Source: Octopus sinensis (lineage: Eukaryota). Taken from it: a stretch of 64,000 nucleotides of DNA. Each line of letters begins with the position of its first letter. Within the stretch, counting starts at the first letter, position 1. Below, piece after piece: positions 1-13,550 of the stretch. Where the stretch lies: contig NC_042998.1 of NCBI RefSeq assembly GCF_006345805.1, forward strand, positions 144,522,001 to 144,586,000. Direction: 5' to 3'. The translations under genes and the position numbers were made by a program. Below the pieces are notes generated by a model, which saw only the letters and a program-made list of their open reading frames with translations, had not been told where the DNA came from and searched no databases.

Positions 1-395
1 GTCACAGCTGTCTTTGTTTGATCTTCTCACTAACTTTCAGCAGATCTCCATAAAGGCATTCATTTGTCATATGTTGTTGCATAGCTTAGAGATCCTGGAG
101 TCTCTCCTGGTCAAGCCACTACTTCTCTGCATTGAGAGTTACAACTTTGATACTATGGGCATGTGATTAGAATGTTGCAGGAATGGATTGGAAAACAACT
201 TCATTAAGCTGAGCCAAATGGCAGAAGTCCTAGGGGTAGACTAAGAACGTGATGGTTGGTATAATATCTATATAGTCTCTTTTTGTCACTTGTGAAACAG
301 CTGGAAAGTGTAATGATAGTTGCTTCTGATAGGACTCTTTGGAAGAAGTGCCTGAGGACTCTACCCTTACAACCCACATAGAAATAGTGGATGGA
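1..395 (+). mobile_element. Decayed RTE-type LINE, ORF2 C-terminal fragment
   Basis: Remnant peptides YYGHVIRM..., EPNGRSPRGR.., DRTLWKK resemble the RTE C-terminus; contains stops and frameshifts. Confidence 0.45.
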
Positions 396-3300
396 GAAGA
401 TGGATGGATGAGTTAGATATGTCACTGTTTGTAACCACTGAAACTTACAAAACTTGACTGAAGACTTAATTATGCCAACATATTGTTGATAATCTCAGAT
501 TCTGGATTTCATTTTGAAGTTATAGATCAACCTAATCTGGATTAAGCCATTACAATACAATGCTCACACCACCAATCGGTGAAAGTACTTTTTACAAGAA
601 ACTTCAAGATATTGACTGTTATATATGTGTGTGTATACAATATACATACATACATGAAAAGAGGTTGAAAATGCACTTGGAGCCTTTAAAAAGATTCATT
701 TAGATTTACCAAGTTGAGATAAATAATGCTATAGCTCCAGATCTCTATCTTACACTTCATTTGTTCGTGCATTCATTTTTTACATCCCCTTTTCCATGCT
801 AGCATGGGTTAAATACATATATTAATGATGGCCTTCCTGAAGAAAGGGATCTCTTATTTCACATAACTTCAAAGATGTGAAGAGAGTGGATGATTTATTG
901 ATAGAAGTGAGAATGCTGCATATAGTAACTTCACACTATGTTTGAAAATTATGAAACTGGTGAAGTTGTATATGAATTTTTTCAAAGAGTTCAAGTGCAT
1001 TTTAACTTCTTAATACTTCTATTCCTCCTTTAAAAAAAGCTTCTTTTCCTGTACATATACACATTTGTATGTATGCACAATGACAGTTATTATTTTAAAG
1101 CAAGTTTAAGAATAACAATGAAGCATTTATTGATGGTGGTGGTGATGGTGACTCTATATTGAGAGTAGAGTCAAATTTATAAATAAAATCAATGTCACCT
1201 GAGATTTTAAGTTTCATCTGATTGAATAAGTCATCAAGCAAACTTAAAGTCGCAGTTAACACAAATTTTATAAGTATTTAATGTTGACTTAGGGAAGAAT
1301 GAGTACTCGATAACATAGAGATTAAGAATGTATTTATTTTGGTTGAGTCAGTCACTTGATACGTTGAGTTTTGCCTGAAGAGCCTGTATATTCGTAGGTG
1401 AAACTCAGAGTAGCAAGATGCTGAGTTGACCAAAATAAAATTAACACACATACCAGTAGACAAAATTTCAAAGGTAAAAATAATAGCATTGCTAGAGTGT
1501 GCATGGTTAGATTTTCAGCAAGAATTTTCAAATACTTTCCTTTAAATTATGTTAAATTCTATAAATATCTGAATATCTAACCACATGCATGCACACACAC
1601 ACAAATATATATATGTGCATGTATGTATGTTGATATTTGTCATGCTGAAGTTTCCAAGTAAGTTACATTAGAGTTTATCATGTGTTCATACTCTTGAAAG
1701 TTTTACTATGTTTACTCAGTTTCTCAGTAGTAGCAGGTATAAAATGATTGAATATTAAGTACTCTTTTAATGGTTCAATTTACACAATTGTATGTATATG
1801 TGTGTGTGTGTCTCTGTTAATATCTATCTACAGATACACAATGCACACACTCACACATCAAATGTGTGTGTGTTGTTTACATCACAAGAATTTAGAAATT
1901 TTGGAGACATGAAATAAATAGTTTATAACAGTGGAATGCAAAGTAGAAAACGCTACAACCGTGTAAATATTGGATCAAAAAACCTTTTGGATAAGAAAAG
2001 TCAAAAGCTGGACAGAACATCTGTCATGCATGCTTACAGAAGATGGATCTTGTGTTTCATGGGCAGCCTCCAATATTTTTGTATCCAAGGACTTTTATAA
2101 CTCCATATTTACATGTTATTATTTATAGCTTTATCTACTTTGCATTTGACTATTAAAAACAATATATTTGATATTTATCTAAAGATCCATGAGAGAGAAA
2201 AGCAGGCACTCATATATTGATTAAAAGGGTAGGCATATAATTATTAATAGAACACAATATTATATTCTCATATCAGTCATTTTATCAATTAGTTTCATAC
2301 CAGGAGTTGAGATAAACTCAACAATCATCTGAAAAGAATGAAAGGAAAAGCATAGCATGGGTTCTTTGTTACCGGAGGTCTGGAAAGGACTATCTCAACC
2401 CTTGTATGAAACCAATTGGTAAAGTGGTTGATATGAGAACATATTTATTTTGTTAATAATATATATATATCTCAAATCAGCAGAAGTTACAGAGTGACTC
2501 AAGAGCCAGGAGTTTCATGTGTTGGCACAAGTCACACACACATACATACAGAAAGAGAGAGAAAAATAATGCGACAAGCTCTAAGACTGGTTTCGAATCC
2601 ATAGAGAGCTCAGATGTCTTGACATCTGAGACTCTTGAACACTTTCTGGTAAAAGAAGGAAAAAAAATTTTTTTTTCAAATTTTTGTTTTAGTTATTATT
2701 TATAACTATTTCAGTTGTGATTTTAAAATATATTTTAACAAATAATAATGTGAAGATTGCAGTGATGGTTATAATAATAATAATAATATCAACAATATTA
2801 AATGATAATAATAATAATGATAATATTGGTAAGTTTTAATTATTTAGAATTTTAATAAAAAATAAATAAAATTTCTAGGAGCAATAATAAAAATTAAAAA
2901 CAAACAAACCTGATATTGCTTCTGTCTGTAACGAGCATGCACAGACATTAATACAAACACATACACACACTCATACGATACATATACACAGATGTATGTA
3001 TATCTATATATCCATATATAACACAGAGGCACATACATAAATGAATAACAATTCTGTTGATGTTTCTCTTTCAAATTCCCTTATGGGCTAAACTATGTAA
3101 ATTTGTTGTGAGATAGCTAATAATAATAATAATAATAATGGCACAAGGCCAACGATTTTGATGGGGGTGGGTTAATCAATGCCATTGATCCCAATACTTG
3201 ACTGGTACTTATTTTATCCATCCCCAAAGGATGAAGGGGAAAGTTGACCTTGGCTGGACTTGAACTCAGAACATAAAGAACCAGAAGAAACAATGCATGG

Positions 3301-3613
3301 CATTTTTCTGATGCTCTTTTGAATCTGCCAGCTCTCCAAATAATAATAACGATAATAATAATTAAGTGTCTAACATAGGCTCAAAGCCACAAGTTCAGTT
3401 GGGGTGGGTGAGTTAAATCAATCCTTGTATGGTGCTTTATTTTATTGTCTCTCAAGACGATAGAAAGTAAAGTTCACCATGGTTGGATTTGAAACCAGAA
3501 TGTAAAAGCTGGAAATAATAGTAGTAGTAATAATAATAATAATAATAATAATAAACAATAATGACATTCTAATATACATACACAGTCAAATATACACACG
3601 TGTGTGTGTATAT

Positions 3614-3663
<50 letters not shown>

Positions 3664-5008
3664 AGCATGTATGTATATACAATTTCACTGACAGTGATTT
3701 CAGATACTTGCCAATGGTGGCCTCGTCCATCTGATAACACCACCATTGATAAAACTTTGAAGTCACGATCAATAAGGTTAACAATAAAATTTAACTACAT
3801 TTATACTTGTTTTTTTTTCTTTAAGTTAATGTCACAGTTTTTATAATTTTTATATTGTATAATTATAAAATCTTTCTTTAACAATACATATAGTATATAT
3901 ACATATACACACATACATACATACATATACATGCACATATACACACTCACACACATACATATACATATACACACTCACACACGTAAACACACATATCACT
4001 TGTCAAAAGCCTTTTATTTTCAATGTTGATCTGTCCTGGTATTGGAGGATATTGACTGAACAGACTATTTCTTTCTATGGTGAATATACCATAAAACATG
4101 TCTTGTTTAGAGGCAGTAAAGGTATTTGTGGTGATAAATTTGGTATCTCATGATGATGAGTTCACTCATACATCATCAATGCCAAAACTAGATCCCAAAG
4201 ACTGGACTTGATTCATTGCTAATATCTAGATGCCTAAACAAGGCTCCTGTAAGAGTACTAAAATGTAAGTACTGGACTCAATGCTAATCTATATATGTTG
4301 TGGTTTGATGCCAATAAATAAATACTATATGCCCTACCACATTGCTTGACCCAGTGACTGTGGTGTTATAATTCTATTAAAACAGCCCTATAATATGCCA
4401 AAATATTTTAAATATATATAGGCCTTGCTAGGCCTATATATTTTAAATTTATAGGCTTCGTTAATTGGAGTGTGCCTACAAAATTAAGGGTATCCCTTTC
4501 TCTTTTGGATAAATAATGTAAAGAAAAAAAACCAGTCCTCCCCCATATGTGTGTGAATGTATATATTTTTTCTCTGTCTTTACAAAGAGACATATTCGTA
4601 TGTGTACACGTTTTTTGAGTGTGTATGCATGTATATCTGTGTGTGTGTGTGTGTATGTGTGTACACACAGCATAAAGACGACAACAACAACAACAGAAAA
4701 ATTTCCAAATTGTGACAAATAAAAGATTCAAAATAAAACAATCAAGGCATCTAAGACAGCCATGATCTGCTGTAATTGTGCGATGAGCATATACGAAGGA
4801 AAATAAATGTAGTAGGGTGGTGGTGGTGGTGGTGATGTAGTAGGACTATACATGATACAACAGTCATTGCAGCTGCTGTTAATAGTACTGGTTTTAGTGG
4901 TTGCAATCACTAATTTGCTTGTGAGAAAATAAGAACATTGAGGAAATCAAGGAGTTAGTACTTCCAAAGTCTGTCAGTTGTATAAATTCTCCTTTGATAA
5001 ACCATTGG

Positions 5009-5066
<58 letters not shown>

Positions 5067-5339
5067 ATACATATATCTATATGCATGTATACACATATTT
5101 TCACACAATCCTATACATATATACATACATACGTACATATATCTTCAAATACACACACACACAACACACTTATGGATATAGTTGGCTACCATCAAAGTAG
5201 CTTTAATTTCTTTTTTTTTTTTTTTGTTTCAGAAAATTTACAATAGTTCATTCAATAATTCTAATAGTGTTTTCAGAATGTTTTTTGTCTCTTGACAAGC
5301 ACAGTTGCACGCACACACATTATAAAATATATACATATA

Positions 5340-5636
5340 TATATTTGGCCTCTAATGCAATCATATTAAGCAATGCTGTCACATTATACATTTAGGGAGA
5401 TTTATTGATACATTCTTTACTTTATCTGTTATGTAATAAACACATGCACAAATTAAATACATACATATGTGTATATAGACATAAACACACACATATACAT
5501 ACATATAGACATAAACACACACATATACATACATATAGACATACACACACACACACATATAGACATACACACACACACACACATATAGACATACACACAC
5601 ACACACACACATATAGACATACACACACACACACAC

Positions 5637-5668
<32 letters not shown>

Positions 5669-5794
5669 CATACACACACACCTATACATACATACATAAA
5701 AATGTATACATGTATGTATACATGTTTGTGTATGTGGCTGTATCTATATATATATGTAAGTATACGTTTATGTATATAAATGTATATGTATGTA

Positions 5795-5828
<34 letters not shown>

Positions 5829-6179
5829 CATCAATCATCATCATCGTTTAACGTCTGTTTTCCATGCTGGCATGGGTTGGATGGTTTGACTGAAGTCTGG
5901 AGAGCCAGCAGTTGCACCAGGCTCCAATCTGATCTGGCAATGTTTCTACAGCTGGATGCCCTTCCTAATGCCAACCACTCTGAGAGTGTAGTGGGGGCTT
6001 TTTACATGCCACTGGCATAGGAGCCAGTCAGGCGAGCCTGGCATTTATATATATATATATATATATACTTGCATTTATATAAATATATGTGCTGGTGTAT
6101 TGTGTCTATATGCATACATTTGTATATGTAAGTACGTGGATATGTGTATGTGCACATATATATGTCTGTGTGTATATGT

Positions 6180-6268
<89 letters not shown>

Positions 6269-6628
6269 TTGTACACATTTATTACATAACAGATAAAGTA
6301 AAGAATGTAACAATAAATTACCCTAAATGTATAATGTGACAGCGTTGCTTAATGTAATTGCATAAGAGGCCAAATTATTTGTTATTATACTGTACGAGTG
6401 ATAAGTTTTATATACATACATACACATATTTATAGACATATATACACACACATATGTATACATACTTATATACATATGTACACACACACATGTATTTATA
6501 CATATACATATAAACAAACATATATGTATATATATATATATAAAAACAAACATATATGTATATATATATATATAAAAACAAACATATATGTATATATATA
6601 TATATATATATAAAAACAAACATATATG

Positions 6629-6661
<33 letters not shown>

Positions 6662-7095
6662 ATATGTATATATATATATACACATACATATATGTACATA
6701 CATATACATACATGTATATATGTACATACATGTATATATATATATATATACATACATACACATACATATGTATATATATATATATATACACATACATATA
6801 TGTACATACATATACATACATGTATATATGTACATACATGTATATATATATATATACATACATACACATACATGTATATATGTACATACATGTATATATA
6901 TATATATACATACATACACATACATGTATATATGTACATGTATATATATATATATATACACACATATACATACATACACACACATACATATATACATACA
7001 TATACACACATATATACATACATATACACACATATATACATACATATATATATATTTATATACACATACACACACACACACATGCATATACATAC
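5340..7095. repeat. Compound (TA)/(CA)/(TACA) microsatellite field with higher-order repeats and an embedded LINE tail (about 5830-6045)
   Basis: Near-continuous purine-pyrimidine alternation. Produces the spurious Y/I/H/T/C/V-rich ORFs in the track. Confidence 0.95.
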
Positions 7096-7415
7096 ACTGT
7101 CTCCCATAACAACATAGAGTAACAACCCTCCACATTGCCATGCCAAAACATAAACTAAATAAAATCTGGCTACTGTCCTAATGATTATTTGTTTTCCAGT
7201 CATAAAAGTTTCAGAGCACATAAATACATACACTTGCTTCTCTATTTACACACACACTGAATTCGAGGGAAGAAGTGTCTCCTTAAATATGCATTTTTTG
7301 CTTGTTCATGTCTAATTATATGCCTGAAGTATCTCTACTAAAGATTTAACAAACACATACACAAGTACATACTTACTTGTACATACACATATTTATAAAT
7401 TTTTATAAGGGAAAT

Positions 7416-7506
7416 GTTGACTGTGCCTTTAAAGTTTTGGCTTACTAGCAATCATCAGACAGTCTGTGAACAACTGGTAATCTGAAATTTCAAAGTTACA
7501 GTCAAC
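7416..7506 (+). repeat. Small hairpin element (33-bp imperfect arms), same family as 10102-10197
   Basis: Arms gttgactgtgcctttaaagttttggcttactag / ctggtaatctgaaatttcaaagttacagtcaac are reverse-complementary. Confidence 0.8.
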
Positions 7507-7564
7507 TTTGTAAAAGTTTAAGAAACATGAATTTTATTAAAACTTATTGAGTGATCGTTCAAGC

Positions 7565-7938
7565 TTAATGTTAAATTGTTTTAATATACAACTGCTACTG
7601 AAGAGTATAGAACTCTGTTTTCTATCATAATTTCTTATTTATCTATTTACACACACACACACAATTATGCATATATGAGTAAAATCATCATCAGAATTAT
7701 TATATATCTGTTTTTTCATGCTGCCTTAAAGTCAATGGTTCTGTTCAAGATTAATGTTAAATTGTTTTAATATACAACTGCTACTGAAGAGTATAGAACT
7801 CTATTTTCTATCATAATTTCTTAATTATCTATTTACATACACACACACACACACAATTATGCATATATGTGTAAAATCATCATCAGAATTATTATATATC
7901 TGTTTTGTCATGCTGCCTTAAAGTCAATGGTTCTGTTC
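7565..7938. repeat. Direct tandem duplication, unit about 186 bp, two copies
   Basis: Copies start at 7565 and 7751 (ttaatgttaaattgttttaatatacaactgc...) and differ by a few substitutions and (CA)n length. Confidence 0.95.
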
Positions 7939-9612
7939 CAACAGTTTTTCGCTACTTATCACAGTCTTTTACCATCTGTTACAGCAGAAGAGAAACTCAT
8001 AGATTTTTGTTCTAGTGTGTACCTTTCTCACCAACAGTAGAGCACGAGATGAGTATTTTACTGTTTCACTGTTACAGGGAAGCTTGTCTTGTCACAGAGT
8101 TAAAAGCTCATTTCAATCCTGTATCAGTTTTTATACATAGTTATTACTCTTCTTTCCAGATGTGTTGTATTTGCTGTAGTTTGCAAAGTCCACATGTTTT
8201 CTATTTATTCTGTTTTTTACTTTTATTATTTGCATAGTCTTTTTTGGATGCTTTTCACTAACAACATTAGGGAGTTTATGACATAGGTGTAGTGAAGGAA
8301 ACCCACCTAGAAGACAGGGCACTTTAAATATACTTGAAAGTATGTGAAAGGGTTCAACATAATCTCATGGAAAATGTGGACTCTGTGAGCTGGAGTGAAA
8401 GCAACCAAGCTGGGAGAGGAGTTAAGTTGAATAAAAATATACAAAGTGGAAGGGACTACTTTAATCAGGACACACATCCCTCTCATGTTGATGGCACAAA
8501 ATGTAACAGTCAATACTGTATGAGCATCCAGCTCAAAATAAGCAATGGATTCCAAAAGAGCCACAGAGAAAGGCAATTCTAGATAGGATAATACATTTAG
8601 TTCCAGTGGTAGGAAAAAATACACTCAGTACACCCTATGAAGTAGTTGGTGATAGGGAGAGCAACCAGCCTTAGAAACCATACCGAAGATGAAACATACC
8701 AATCTATTTATATGTTATGTGTACCACTAACTATAAGTTATACAATCCTAGAAAATCTCTCTTTTGTACAATAGTGTTTTTTGTTTTTTTTTTGTTAGTA
8801 TTATGATACAGAGAAAAAGAATTTTAGTCAGACTTATTATAATTTCTGTCTAAAATGCATTATAAATATTCACATATCTTCAAAATAAAAAGTAAATTTG
8901 AAAGTGACTTATGAATTTTACTGGTGTAAGTTGTAAAAGCATATAATCTGTAAAACGTCAACAAGTATGGAAGGATATATAAGACATAAATAATTCCATT
9001 TAAATACTTTTGTTATCAGATACTCTCGTTCTCTCAAGAGAAACATGTAAACAGTGACCATTCATTACAATAATTGTAGAGTTTCTGGAACAGAGGCATA
9101 ATTTGTGGGGAGTTTATATTGACATTTTGATGACAACAGTATCTATAAATAATCATTATTGATTATTTATTTATAGAATGTTTACATTGAATAATTGAAG
9201 AAAGTATCTCAATAATGGAACTATAACATTCTGGCCTTCCATAATAAAGATTGACAGTTGTAATTCCACAGAGTGCATGTCTGTCAGTTGTATCAACCAT
9301 GTAATATATTATTACTTCCATAGAAAAATATAACATTATTAGAGCTATTAAATAACACACACACACACAATGGCTACTATAGAAAAATATAACATTATTA
9401 GAGTTACACATAAGTTAGCTAGGACAATGGATGTAAATAGTTTACCCTCACTGTACCTTCCTGAATATAAGTAATACACTTGAGGCAGAAAAACAAATGA
9501 GTGACTTTTAGATTTGAATCTCAAAATGATGTAGACTGTGATGATAACTTGTTCAAATCATGTCAGCATGAAAAACAATAAAAATAATAAAGATGATGAT
9601 GACATACATGTA

Positions 9613-9668
<56 letters not shown>

Positions 9669-10101
9669 GCTACACATACAATGCTCGATAAACTAGAAAC
9701 CGTGAAACAAGTATTACCCTTACCAAAATTAGAATCAGACAATATCAATGTATAGTTTATAAAATATAGAACAAAACCACGGTAAACAAAAAAAACCCTT
9801 AACAAGTTTAACTCTATGGGGACTAGAATTTCAATCACAGACAATTTGGAAAACTCAACATAGAAAAGAATCACAGCCAACAAGCACATCAAATGCATAC
9901 ATCATCAACTAATCTCTCTCTCTCATATACATACATATATATATCTGGTGGTGCTATGAAATTAAACACGGCCTGGGCCTATACTAGCTGAAACCTATCA
10001 AAGTTATATATATATGTTAATGTTTGTTTTCACACTCAGTTATAATAATGACAATTAACCTGAAAGGTATACCATACTTTTGTAAAGTATAGACTTATTA
10101 A

Positions 10102-10197
10102 ACAAGAATAGTATTGACAGTAACTTTGAAGTTTTGGCTAGTCCAGTGATGGCTTAGCTGGCTGAAATTTTGAAGTTACTATCAATACTATTCTTGT
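10102..10197 (+). repeat. Small hairpin element (40-bp arms, 16-nt loop)
   Basis: Arms 10102-10141 and 10158-10197. 33 Watson-Crick pairs, 6 G-U, 1 C-A when read as plus-strand RNA. Confidence 0.85.
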
Positions 10198-10215
10198 CAA
10201 AGAATAAGATGTATG

Positions 10216-10251
<36 letters not shown>

Positions 10252-10311
10252 CACGGGGCACCTAGACACATAAATCTCATAAGCCACATCTTAATTCATC
10301 TAATTGAGGTA

Positions 10312-10317
10312 TTTATT
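10312..10317 (-). terminator. Candidate GNB5 polyadenylation signal (AATAAA)
   Basis: First canonical AATAAA I found on the minus strand downstream of the stop (about 1.25 kb), with a GT-rich stretch (tttatgtgtct) about 35 nt further on. The UTR end is unverified. Confidence 0.25.
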
Positions 10318-10984
10318 TACTGAGAGTGCTCCACTACCTACAGGAAATTAGTTGGGATTATGAACAACATCTGCACGAAATAAATACAAAGAATTAATCC
10401 TGAATGCATTGATATAATAGTAGCATATGCAATATCTCCTTTATGGTAAACTTTCTAGTGCATGTAGATATTTTTGTGATTAGTTGCTTATTCTGCTGAG
10501 ACAGTTTCCTGTGAATCCTTACTATAAATAGCAATCAACTGGAACATATGAGAGGAATGAAATGAGCATGTTTATATATATAAATGAAAAATTCCAGTCT
10601 TAAAAAAGTACTAAGAATACATCTAGAGTGCTCTGGTTTGATATCTTTAAATACCTTAGAAATACTAACAAGTTTTATATATGTGTGTATATACACACAC
10701 ACACGCATATATATATACATACCTATATCTATATACACACACACATATATATATACATACCTATATCTATATACACACACACATATATATATACATACCT
10801 ATATCTATATACACACACACATATATATATATATACAAACCCACACATTATAATATATATATATATATATATATAGATGATCAGATACCTATATATCTAT
10901 ATACATATATATATGCACACACACACACACATATATATATATATACACACACATATACACACACATATATATACATACACACAC

Positions 10985-11028
<44 letters not shown>

Positions 11029-11568
11029 AGGTATATATACTTGTGCGTGTGTGATCGCACATTCATGTAGTTTTTTATATATTCAGGAAAACAGAAAATA
11101 GAAGTGAATTGTGTTTATCTTTTGTTATTTAGACTTTGTGCACACACACATACATATTGAATAGATCATTATACATATAACACATGTATGTAAGTATGTA
11201 TGTATGTATGTATGTATGTATATAATCATGTGTGTGTGTGTATATATATATATATGCACATTCAAACACAAAGCAGTCTCATGCATACACACAAAATGAA
11301 TCTCAATCAGCTATCATTAATTGGCAGGACTTGAACAGTAGCCAGATTTGGACATTGGTCAACCTAATAATATTAGTGATATTGTTGCTACTGCTGTTTT
11401 TTCTGTTGTTACTGCTGCTGCTGTTGTTGTTGTTGTTGTGTAAGAGGCAAGTCGATGAATAGAATCAAAATAACAAGAAATTTTTCAAGGAGGTGATGGT
11501 AAATTGGACCTCTTGCAGATGCGGAAAATACTTGCAAAATATTAATCTAGCAGAGCAGCCTGTTGGTT

Positions 11569-11580
11569 TCAAGCCCAAAC
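11569..11580 (-). CDS. GNB5: G-protein beta-5 last coding exon, VWA-stop
   Basis: Strong polypyrimidine acceptor ctttcttctttttccag followed by GTT TGG GCT TGA. VWA* is the Gbeta5 C-terminus. Confidence 0.92.
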   Translation of the reverse strand, partial: VWA

Positions 11581-12137
11581 CTGGAAAAAGAAGAAAGAAT
11601 TCCATGAAAGTCACTTTTGTCAAGATAGCAGTTGAAGGAAAATACCTCATTAGGGGTATCTCATCATCATTTAATGTCCACTTTTCCATGCTTGGATGAG
11701 TCAGATGAAATTTGTCGAGACAGATTTTTTTTTGGCAAGATGATCTTCCTGTTATCAACCAAAATAATATTTTCTCTTAGCTAGACAGGTTTTCTACAGA
11801 AGACTAGAAATGAACAACATTGCTTGTATACTGATCATATTCATTTACAACAAACATATGTCAAGACTAAGGTACACACAAACACACACACAATGGGCTT
11901 CTTTTAGTTCCCATCTACGAAATCCAAGGCTATAGTAGAAAACACTTGCCAAGGGGCCACATAGTGGGAAGCAAGCTTCTTAGCCACATAGCCTCATCAG
12001 CACCATATACTAAATACAAATATAGCAGGATCTTATATATGTAAAACAATGAGTTACAACAGTTTTTTTCTCGTTAACAGAGATTACCTATACTATCTAT
12101 TAGTGGACAAAACTTCCTCTGGAGATGTTTAAAATCT

Positions 12138-12347
12138 GAAAACAATAGTCAAGGGAGTTAACTCCAATATGATTAGGTGGTGAAAGCTTTTTAAACAAGG
12201 ATCTGGTCTTTAAAGCTGATTGATAAAAGTTGGCTTTAAAGACAACCTGATCCTCTCTCAAACACCCACCTCAAATTTGCAAATGTACTTCTATCAAATA
12301 TTTTTTAGCAACTCATCATATTGGAATTAACTCCCTTGACTGTTTTC
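12138..12347. mobile_element. MITE-like element with about 33-bp terminal inverted repeats and an internal hairpin
   Basis: gaaaacaatagtcaagggagttaactccaatatgat ... atcatattggaattaactcccttgactgttttc. Internal tctttaaagc/gctttaaaga stem. Confidence 0.7.
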
Positions 12348-13052
12348 TATATACACCTCTTCAGGTGCACTAATTATTTGTTTAATCTAAATACATATAT
12401 ATAATATTTATATAGAAGTTTGTGTTTGTATATCATTGTCTGATATCACATAATGGCTGTATATGAGCATCACCATCATACAAGCGGTGTTGCTTGATTC
12501 CGATCTTCTGTGAGAAACAGGTCTGGCCATGGGGAGATATTGCCTTGCTTGAAAACAAGTGAAGATTGGCAACAGGAAAGGCACTTGGCTGTAGGAAATC
12601 TGTTGCAACAAATTTTGTGTGACCCATGCAAGCATGGAAAAGTGGGTGTTAAAATGATGATGATGATAATAATAATAATGTGTAAGACAATTTAGTCTAG
12701 ATTACTGAAATTATAGTTCAGTCTTGAAGTGCATGATTTAGCATTTTACATCTGAATAGCAACCCCTATCATTAATATCTCAACCATGAAGGAGGGGGTG
12801 AAATTTATTTGTCTTTCCCACAGTTGTAATGCAAAAATGGAAAAAAAAAATGTTCGAAGTCACGACTCAGCAATCAAATGTCTGGTATTCTTGCACGCAA
12901 TTACATTGTGAAATATTTATATCAAATGTTACAAGGAACACTGACAGTGATTTTGATGTATAATGATAAAAACATTTTATACAAATAACTTCACATAAAA
13001 ACAATATAATAAAAAGTGAAATAAAAACAATATAATTAAAGAGTGAAATAAA

Positions 13053-13550
13053 CATCAGGGATACTTTGCTTCATTCAGGAGCTACTCAAAGGTATTGCAA
13101 GATCTTCTGAATCCACTGCAACATGACAGACTTTTCCATATTATCATCAGGTATCTCAGGGTCACAAGTGCTTTGCCCCTTAGCCTGTATGCTGCACCTA
13201 CAGGATTCCACCTAAGGTCTCTTGTCAAGACTAATCCTAATCTGGATTCTGTTGCCATGCCTATCTACTTGATAGCTTTCTTCAGTTTGGGTTACAGACC
13301 AATCTTCTGCAGGAAATATATCCATCTAACTGGAAAGCTATAGAAACTTACTTCAATAGGGAATGAGGCTGCATGCCATTCTTGACAAGAGTTTTGTCAG
13401 CTAAGTCTTGATATTTGGCTTTCTTCAGCTGGTGAGAAATGATCAGTTAGTCCTCCAGGGTGCTGTAAGTGCAACCATAATGATTGTTTTTTGCCCTTGT
13501 AGAGCAGGAGCACGTCTGGTCAGAGTGATGTTACTGCTACCTATATCACT
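13053..13550 (-). mobile_element. RLE-type non-LTR retrotransposon 3' fragment (HERO-like)
   Basis: Broken translation ITL*PDVLLL..KKTIIMVALTAPW..KKAKYQDL..W..FPIEV..FLQKIGL resembles the RPDIV..ELTVPWE..K..KY..L..GW..VEVG endonuclease C-terminus as I recall it. Confidence 0.6.

Noticed and set aside
2609-2630. 10-bp perfect palindrome ctcagatgtc-tt-gacatctgag (similar 12-bp stem at about 4414-4441)
   Set aside because: Too short to be distinguished from chance in 64 kb without further support.
8334-8582. 82-aa non-repetitive ORF as a possible small gene
   Set aside because: It aligns loosely with an RTE ORF2 C-terminus (VSW, YF..H, PRK..DRI pattern) and is followed by the common LINE tail; best read as decayed LINE.
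3474-11101. Numerous long Y/I/H/T/C/V/M-rich ORFs (e.g. 6323-7141, 272 aa)
   Set aside because: They are translations of (TA)n/(CA)n/(TACA)n microsatellites, open in several frames on both strands, with no splice or homology support.
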